Origin: Bacillus subtilis subsp. subtilis str. 168
GTDB lineage: Bacteria > Bacillota > Bacilli > Bacillales > Bacillaceae
DNA length: 32,000 nucleotides
Assembly: GCF_000009045.1 (NCBI RefSeq)
Contig: NC_000964.3
Coordinates: 2,340,001-2,372,000 of the forward strand
Reading direction: 5' to 3'
Shown one piece after another: positions 26,347 to 32,000 of the stretch. Within the stretch, counting starts at the first letter, position 1. The number at the start of each line of letters is the position of its first letter. The position numbers were made by a program, and so were the translations under genes. Under the pieces are notes generated by a model, which saw only the letters and a list, made by a program, of their open reading frames with translations, did not search any database and was not told the origin of the DNA.

Positions 26347-27618
26347 TTATCTAGAAAATTCATCCTCGATTCGCAAAATCGTTTCTTCAAGCTCTTCATT
26401 GGCTCCGTCCATTTCAAGAACCTTTTTCAAAAGCGGCAGCGCTTCTTTTTGAAGACCTTCTTCTAATAGGAAGCTTGCGTATTCATATAAGAAATCTCTA
26501 TCCTCCCGGTAATGAAGATAGGCAGCCTCAAAGGATTGTTTTGCTTCCTCGTATTGCTCTAATTCAGTATATGCGCTTGCAAGATACCAATTGTATTTAG
26601 GATCTTCTTCACCGTAGCTTCGAACCTCTTGAATAAGATCAATGATCTGATCATAATCCTCTTCTTTGTGATACACGGCAAGAAGTGTATGAAGCGCCTC
26701 GACAAAGCCCGGATCAAGCGCAAGCGCCTCCTGAAGCAGCTTCTTCCCCTCTTCTGACTTCCCGATTTTCAAGGCCATTTTGGCGGCATAAAGGAAAAGT
26801 TCTTTGTTATATTCATCATATCTGATCCCCTCTTTTGCCGTTTTTAATGCCTCTTCATACATTCCTTCAGCTTCATAGCTTTTCGAGAGCGGCATATAAA
26901 GTGAAGTATAAGATGGATCAAGCTCCTTTAAATCAGACAGCTGCTTAATAGCTGTTTTCACAAGCCCCGCCTGTAAGGCTGTAAAACCATAGCCGAAAAT
27001 CGTATTAGGATCAGGATTCTCATCGACAGCTTTCTCATACCATGGAATGGCATCCTCAAATTCACCTGAGGCACTTAACGATTCTGCCAGTCTTTGATGG
27101 ACATTAACGCCCCCGATCTCACTCTGCTCCTCAGCCGTTGTTTTAAAATATTGAACCGCTTTTGCATAGGCTCCCTGAGCAAAGTAAAGTTCTCCCAGTG
27201 CAAAATCAATAACAGGTTCATTGTCCAGAATGGACTTTGCCTGGAAAAGCTTTTGTTCACTGACTTCGAATAACCCCTGCATCTGATAAAGATCCGCCAT
27301 AAGCAGCAAACTTTCCGGATATGATGGATCTGTTTCCGGAATAGTCTCCAGCACAGCGAGGGCTTTTTCTTCTTCGTCAATATCTATTAAAAGTTCAGCG
27401 TAGAAATTCGTCAGTTCTGTTTCATTTGGATATAAATCATGTAGATCACTAATCAGTGAAATGGCTTTTTCTACATCGCCCCACTCGTAATAAAGCTGGG
27501 CTGCAATGGCTTTATCTTCATCATGCAGCTGTTTTTCAGCCTTCGAGAGCGTGTTGAGGCCTTTTTCTGTTTCACCTGCTTCAACTAATTTTATGGCTTC
27601 TTGAATCAATGTATTCAA
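26347..27618 (-). CDS. ypiA: TPR-repeat protein of unknown function YpiA
   Basis: 423 aa from the TTG at 27618 with a GAAAGGA SD. It shows repeated 34-residue A/Y/L-patterned helical repeats throughout (e.g. [22 protein letters not shown]). The track ORF is extended by 26 codons across the promoter region. Confidence 0.8.
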   Translation of the reverse strand: MNTLIQEAIKLVEAGETEKGLNTLSKAEKQLHDEDKAIAAQLYYEWGDVEKAISLISDLHDLYPNETELTNFYAELLIDIDEEEKALAVLETIPETDPSYPESLLLMADLYQMQGLFEVSEQKLFQAKSILDNEPVIDFALGELYFAQGAYAKAVQYFKTTAEEQSEIGGVNVHQRLAESLSASGEFEDAIPWYEKAVDENPDPNTIFGYGFTALQAGLVKTAIKQLSDLKELDPSYTSLYMPLSKSYEAEGMYEEALKTAKEGIRYDEYNKELFLYAAKMALKIGKSEEGKKLLQEALALDPGFVEALHTLLAVYHKEEDYDQIIDLIQEVRSYGEEDPKYNWYLASAYTELEQYEEAKQSFEAAYLHYREDRDFLYEYASFLLEEGLQKEALPLLKKVLEMDGANEELEETILRIEDEFSR

Positions 27619-27691
27619 ATCGGACCGGTCCTTTCTTTTCCTATACAACATCAACCATACAAAAAAAGCTTTATTTGTTCGGGTTAATCTT

Positions 27692-27720
27692 ATCATAATT
27701 CAGACGAATGCCCCCGGCAA
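27692..27720 (-). promoter_or_regulatory. Putative sigma-A promoter of ypiA-ypiB-ypiF
   Basis: The minus strand reads TTGCCG - 17 nt - TATGAT, about 75 nt upstream of the ypiA TTG start. Confidence 0.5.
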
Positions 27721-27932
27721 ATAAGATGCTTCTGTACGGAAGGGAATTATTGAGTCTTATTAGTTTACCAAAAGATCTTGAGATAGAAAATGAAAAAAGG
27801 AAGATCGCCCTCTGTACAGTAAAGCAGCTCTTTGACCTGCCGGCTTGTAAGTAAAGCACATCCCCCCTTTTCGTTTTTCTATCCGTTCTATAAGACAAGC
27901 TATGTTTTTTCGCCTCGAATTATGATCTGCAT

Positions 27933-27965
27933 AAAAAATCCTGAAGTAAAACTTCAGGATTTTTT
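27933..27965 (-). terminator. Rho-independent terminator at the end of the trp-hisC-tyrA-aroE transcription unit
   Basis: AAAAAATCCTGAAG-5 nt loop-CTTCAGGATTTTTT, a perfect long stem with T runs on both sides. The stem overlaps the aroE stop codon (27954-27956). Confidence 0.88.
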
Positions 27966-29240
27966 CGAAAGCTTATTTAAATGCTCGAAGAAGGTTGGAT
28001 AAGAAACGTGAATGGCATCCGTGTGCTCGATTTCAATCGGCTCCTCCGTTATACAGGAAGCAATACCAAGCATCATTCCGATTCGATGATCTCCGTGGCT
28101 GGACACTGCAGCGCCGCCTTTCAACGTTTGTTTGCCATAAACCTTCATTCCATCTGCTGTCGGTTCAATTTCAGCACCCAGCTTGCGAAGCTCAGAAACA
28201 ACAGTATCAATACGGTTTGTTTCTTTCACTTTTAGCTCTGCCGCGTCCTTAATAACGGTGGTTCCTTCCGCCTGAGTCGCAAGAAGCGCGATGATAGGGA
28301 TCTCATCAATTAAACGCGGAATGATATCTCCTCCGATTTCAACTGCCTTTAGAGATGACGTTTCTATAATCAAATCTCCATAAGGCTCTGCACCGCTATC
28401 AGCAGATGGTTTGATTTCAAGTTTTGCCCCCATGTTTTGAAGGACATCAATAATACCTGTCCGAGTCGGATTTAAACCTACGTTTTTCAATACAATTCTG
28501 CTGTTTGGAACCATCGCGCCAGCAGCAAGGAAAAACGCGGCTGAAGAAATGTCTCCAGGAACAAAAATATCAGCAGCTGTCAGTTTCTGGCCACCAGCAA
28601 TGGAAACACTCGTTTGATCTTCAGAAAGCTTAACGCCAAAAGCAGAAAGCATCCGCTCAGTGTGGTCCCGAGATTTATGGGGCTCTGTTACAGTTGTTGT
28701 GCCCTCAGCCTGTAATCCGGCCAGCAAAACAGCAGATTTAATTTGCGCGCTTGCAACAGGTGATACATAATCAATTCCTTTTAATGAAGCGCCGCTCACT
28801 GACAGCGGTGTAAACTCTCCGCCGGCTCTGCCGTCGATTTTAGCCCCCATTTTTTTCAAAGGCTCAGTCACACGCTTCATTGGGCGTTTCGCAATGCTCT
28901 CATCTCCGGCTACCGCGCTGTAAAAAGGACGGCCCGCCAATATTCCGAGCATCAGGCGAATCGTTGTACCTGAATTTCCGACATCTAAAAGGCTTTCTGG
29001 CTCTTTCAGGGCATCGATTCCTTTTCCGTGAATCACGACATCGCTGCTGCTTTGCTCAATGTGAACACCCATTTTTCTAAAGCAATCGATCGTGCTCAGA
29101 CAATCTGCTCCCGGCAGAAAGTTTTTAACTGTTGTTGTGCCTGCCGCTAGCGCGCCAAACATAACAGAGCGGTGAGAAATGGATTTATCACCGGGAATAT
29201 GTATTTCTCCATGTAAGGTCTGCACCTTATCTCGTTTCAT
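27954..29240 (-). CDS. aroE: 3-phosphoshikimate 1-carboxyvinyltransferase (EPSP synthase; named aroE in B. subtilis, aroA-type elsewhere)
   Basis: 428 aa from the ATG at 29240 with a GAGGTGGA SD. It has the motifs GDKSISHR and [10 protein letters not shown]. The track ORF is extended by 27 codons into tyrA. Confidence 0.93.
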   Translation of the reverse strand: MKRDKVQTLHGEIHIPGDKSISHRSVMFGALAAGTTTVKNFLPGADCLSTIDCFRKMGVHIEQSSSDVVIHGKGIDALKEPESLLDVGNSGTTIRLMLGILAGRPFYSAVAGDESIAKRPMKRVTEPLKKMGAKIDGRAGGEFTPLSVSGASLKGIDYVSPVASAQIKSAVLLAGLQAEGTTTVTEPHKSRDHTERMLSAFGVKLSEDQTSVSIAGGQKLTAADIFVPGDISSAAFFLAAGAMVPNSRIVLKNVGLNPTRTGIIDVLQNMGAKLEIKPSADSGAEPYGDLIIETSSLKAVEIGGDIIPRLIDEIPIIALLATQAEGTTVIKDAAELKVKETNRIDTVVSELRKLGAEIEPTADGMKVYGKQTLKGGAAVSSHGDHRIGMMLGIASCITEEPIEIEHTDAIHVSYPTFFEHLNKLSKKS

Positions 29241-29250
29241 TTTTTCCACC

Positions 29251-30366
29251 TCAATCAGCATAAAAAGTTTCATATTCCGCCCGGGCTTCAATGCATTGTT
29301 CTGCCCTTTTGCGGTCGTCATCAGACTGAAAACTGATCCTTAAAATCCCGTTAATATCCTCTCGTGTTTCGATAATGCGGATATTCGTGATACTGATGCG
29401 CTCCGCAGCTAAGATCGCTGTTATCTCGGATATTACACCCGGATGATCGGGTACATCCACATATAAATCATAAAATGCAGGTATCGCTCCCTTCTGCCGA
29501 AGCGGCAGCCCGTCGCGATAATCCTTGGCTGTTTTAAAATAACGAAATAGATTTTCCGCATCTTCTTGTTCTACATATGTACGGATCTTGTCAATTTCAC
29601 GAATCCACTCATCAAAACGGTCTAAGATTTTATCTTTATTATGTAATAAAATATCCCGCCACATTGCCGGGCTGCTTGATGCAATCCTTGTAATATCTCT
29701 GAACCCGCCGGCAGCAAAACGCTTAACAAGCGGATACAGGTTTTCCGAATGATGGGTTTGGTGAACAAGGCTAGCTGCTACAATATGCGGAAAATGACTG
29801 ATTACGCTTGTAACGCCATCATGCTCCTCTGGCGACATTTCCACAAAATGGGCATTCGTCCCCTTCAGCAGGTTTTTTAACTGTTCCACAGCTTGTTTGT
29901 CCGTTTTCTGGCCTGGCGTTAAAATATAAAATGCATTTTCAAACAGGAACTCCTTCGCAGCGGCCACTCCTGATTTATGTGAACCCGCCATCGGATGCCC
30001 TCCGACAAATTGATAGCGGCTAGGCAGCACTTGATCAGCGTAATCAACCACTTTTTGCTTTGTGCTTCCTACATCCGTAATCAAAAGCTCATGTTCAATT
30101 CCTGAATGAGCCAGCTCTTCAAGCATAACCAGTGTTTGTTCAACAGGTGTCGCAATGATTACTGTAGCTGCCTCTTTCACACCGCTAATAAACGAATCAG
30201 CACGATCGTCTATCACGCCTAATTTTAATGCCGCTACCGCCTGTTCATCAGAGATGTCGATTCCGATAATCCGTTTGCCGGGATGATTTTTTTTGATGGC
30301 TAGGGCAATCGAACCGCCTATCAATCCGAGACCGGCGAGCAATATTGTATCTTTCATTTGATTCAT
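29251..30366 (-). CDS. tyrA: Prephenate dehydrogenase with a C-terminal ACT-like regulatory domain
   Basis: 371 aa with a Rossmann motif GLGLIGGS, a conserved GGHPMAG segment and an ACT-like C-terminus. Confidence 0.92.
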   Translation of the reverse strand: MNQMKDTILLAGLGLIGGSIALAIKKNHPGKRIIGIDISDEQAVAALKLGVIDDRADSFISGVKEAATVIIATPVEQTLVMLEELAHSGIEHELLITDVGSTKQKVVDYADQVLPSRYQFVGGHPMAGSHKSGVAAAKEFLFENAFYILTPGQKTDKQAVEQLKNLLKGTNAHFVEMSPEEHDGVTSVISHFPHIVAASLVHQTHHSENLYPLVKRFAAGGFRDITRIASSSPAMWRDILLHNKDKILDRFDEWIREIDKIRTYVEQEDAENLFRYFKTAKDYRDGLPLRQKGAIPAFYDLYVDVPDHPGVISEITAILAAERISITNIRIIETREDINGILRISFQSDDDRKRAEQCIEARAEYETFYAD

Positions 30367-30391
30367 ACGTCATCACCTGGTTTATAGACTA

Positions 30392-30416
30392 AAGAGGTGA
30401 TATTTGATCACCTCTT
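30392..30416 (-). promoter_or_regulatory. Perfect 10-bp SD-like / anti-SD-like hairpin at the hisC-tyrA junction
   Basis: The minus strand reads TAA-GAGGTGAT-CAAAT-ATCACCTCTT. The 5' arm overlaps the hisC stop codon and there is no U tract. The 3' arm is also complementary to the tyrA SD (AGGTGAT at 30372-30378). Confidence 0.6.
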
Positions 30417-31497
30417 ATAAAATTTCAGCTAAAATGGCAAGTATTTCTTCATTTTGCTCTTTTGTTCCGATCGTAATCCGGAGTGATGTCGGGAAACCTA
30501 ATGCGTTTCCTGACCGGACGATATAGCCTTTTTCCAGCAGAGCCTGAAACAGTTCATCAGCAGGACGTTTAAAGTCAATTAACACAAAATTTGTCTGTGA
30601 AGGGTAGCACTTTAAACCATGAGTTTTCGCAAAATCATAATACTGCTGAAGGCCTGCATTATTTTGCTCGACACAGGAAGCAATAAACGCTTGATCATCA
30701 AGTGCTGCAATCGCCGCAGCCTGGCCCAGACGGCTGGTATTAAACGGCTCTCTCGCCGGCTCAATCTGGCGAATCAGGTTCTCGTCAGCAATTCCGTATC
30801 CGACTCTGAGCGCTGCCAGACCGTATGCCTTTGAAAATGTGCGCAAAATCATCAAATTGGAATACTTGCTTAAGAGCGGCACGGTTTCCGGGTAATCCTC
30901 TGCTGTTACATATTCATAATATGCTTCGTCAAGAACGACAAGGACACGAGAAGGAACGCGCTCCAGAAATGCGAGTAATTCTCCTTCAGATGTATAAGTG
31001 CCAGTCGGATTATTCGGGCTGCATATCCAAACGACTTGTGTCTGTTCGTCGATGGCTTCTAACATGGCGTCTAAATCATGTGAGCCGTCGGGACGAAGTG
31101 CAATTTCACGTACTTCAGCACCTTCAATAACCGCATTATGTTTATATTGCGGAAAAGTGGGGGCAGCAGTAACCGTGTTTGTTTTATCGTTTAAAAATGC
31201 CCGGCAGATGATCTGTATGATTTCATCAGAACCGTTGCCGAAAATAAGTGATGTTTCGCTGACATTGAGGTGCTTACTGAGCCTTGTCCGCAAAGCGGCG
31301 CTATACCCGTCCGGGTAAAGGGCTAGCTGTTGAATCTCATGATGAAGCGCCTCTTTTGCAGCCTCTGAACAGCCGTAAGGATTCTCGTTTGAAGCAAGCT
31401 TCACAACTTTATCCAAGCCATATTCTGATTTCACTGCTTCAATCGGCTTTCCAGGCTGATAAGGCTTCAGCTGTTTTAAATGTTCTTTGATACGCAA
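30415..31497 (-). CDS. hisC: Histidinol-phosphate / aromatic aminotransferase
   Basis: 360 aa from the TTG at 31497, which lies 6-7 nt after GAGGTGA. The track GTG start at 31506 lies inside that SD. It has an NPTG motif and a PLP-lysine context ([14 protein letters not shown]). Confidence 0.92.
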   Translation of the reverse strand: MRIKEHLKQLKPYQPGKPIEAVKSEYGLDKVVKLASNENPYGCSEAAKEALHHEIQQLALYPDGYSAALRTRLSKHLNVSETSLIFGNGSDEIIQIICRAFLNDKTNTVTAAPTFPQYKHNAVIEGAEVREIALRPDGSHDLDAMLEAIDEQTQVVWICSPNNPTGTYTSEGELLAFLERVPSRVLVVLDEAYYEYVTAEDYPETVPLLSKYSNLMILRTFSKAYGLAALRVGYGIADENLIRQIEPAREPFNTSRLGQAAAIAALDDQAFIASCVEQNNAGLQQYYDFAKTHGLKCYPSQTNFVLIDFKRPADELFQALLEKGYIVRSGNALGFPTSLRITIGTKEQNEEILAILAEIL

Positions 31498-31507
31498 ATC
31501 AGTCACC

Positions 31508-32000
31508 TCATTTTAAACTGTACAAGCCGCTAAACGCCATTGCATAATCCTCAAACTCCTGCAGCGCCTGATTTCTCGTTTCAGCGCTGATGAGCCGGTC
31601 CTTTAATTCTTCTATTTTTCTGACGAGCGCACTTCCCACTACGACACCGTCACTAATTTCATTCATCTTTATGACCTGTTCACGGTTTGATATACCGAAC
31701 CCTACAGCAACCGGAACAGTGCTGAGATTCTTCACAGTACGAATGAACGGGTACACGGATGAATTGAACTCATTGCGGACACCGGTCACACCCAGAGAAG
31801 ATACACAGTAGACGAACCCCTCGGCTTGTTCAATAATGGTTTTCAAACGGCTTTCGCTTGTCGGCGCAACTAAAGAAATATACGTCACCTCATGGCTTTT
31901 ACATTCCTCTTGAAGGCTGTTGCTTTCTTCTAATGGCAGATCCGGAACAAGCAGACCGTCAATATGATTTTCCCGCAGTAAAGCGAAAAAGTATTCTTTG
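31508..32000 (-). CDS. trpA: Tryptophan synthase alpha chain. Only the C-terminal part is present; the N-terminus lies beyond the window end.
   Basis: The frame stays open upstream of the track ORF to position 32000 ([47 protein letters not shown]...). The conserved GFGIS and VVGSALV segments are present. Confidence 0.9.
   Translation of the reverse strand, partial: KEYFFALLRENHIDGLLVPDLPLEESNSLQEECKSHEVTYISLVAPTSESRLKTIIEQAEGFVYCVSSLGVTGVRNEFNSSVYPFIRTVKNLSTVPVAVGFGISNREQVIKMNEISDGVVVGSALVRKIEELKDRLISAETRNQALQEFEDYAMAFSGLYSLK

Noticed and set aside
27622-27631. Perfect palindrome GGACCGGTCC between the ypiA SD and start codon
   Set aside because: It cannot form a hairpin because there is no loop. 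A 10-bp palindrome on its own is weak evidence for an operator. It is mentioned only within the gap finding.
27671-27898. 75-aa minus-strand ORF in the aroE-ypiA gap
   Set aside because: It has a TTG start with no SD and an arginine/serine-rich composition atypical of real proteins. It also runs straight through the best ypiA promoter. I treated the interval as non-coding regulatory DNA instead.
1-32000. Mobile elements, CRISPR arrays, toxin-antitoxin or defence islands, rRNA/tRNA genes
   Set aside because: There are no terminal inverted repeats, transposase- or integrase-like ORFs, regularly spaced repeats or cloverleaf-capable segments. Every ORF over 100 aa that I accept belongs to a recognisable housekeeping or conserved Bacillus family.

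Overview
Gene-dense core-chromosome segment that I recognise from recalled protein sequences and gene order (no database search was possible) as the Bacillus subtilis 168-type recU-ponA ... trpA region. The order is yppC' / recU-ponA / ypoC-nth-dnaD / asnS / aspB-ypmB-ypmA / dinG / panDCB / birA-cca-bshA-bshB1-mgsA-dapB-ypjD / ypjC / ypjB-ypjA / qcrCBA / ypiF-ypiB-ypiA / aroE-tyrA-hisC-trpA'. Only recU, ponA and ypjC are on the + strand. The rest are packed on the - strand with short junctions and many 1-16 nt overlaps. I see no rRNA, tRNA, CRISPR array, IS or transposon, prophage remnant, or intergenic gap large enough to hide an inserted cassette. The largest gaps are about 245 nt (birA-panB) and 335 nt (aroE-ypiA). 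Many track ORFs are over-extended at the 5' end. I trimmed starts to the first start codon with a properly spaced Shine-Dalgarno (SD) sequence. Several starts are non-ATG: GTG for recU, nth and ypjD, and TTG for asnS, aspB, ypiA and hisC. I do not see a convincing new multi-gene system, because this is ordinary housekeeping DNA. The best leads are cis-acting RNA features. The first is the structured panB leader, with a promoter, a bulged-A hairpin, an internal terminator and an SD-sequestering helix, which probably corresponds to the orphan pan motif. The second is a three-part SD / anti-SD element at the hisC-tyrA junction. Lower-value leads are several conserved unknown-function genes (ypiA/B/F, ypjA/B, ypoC, ypmA/B, yppC) sitting in functionally suggestive neighbourhoods.
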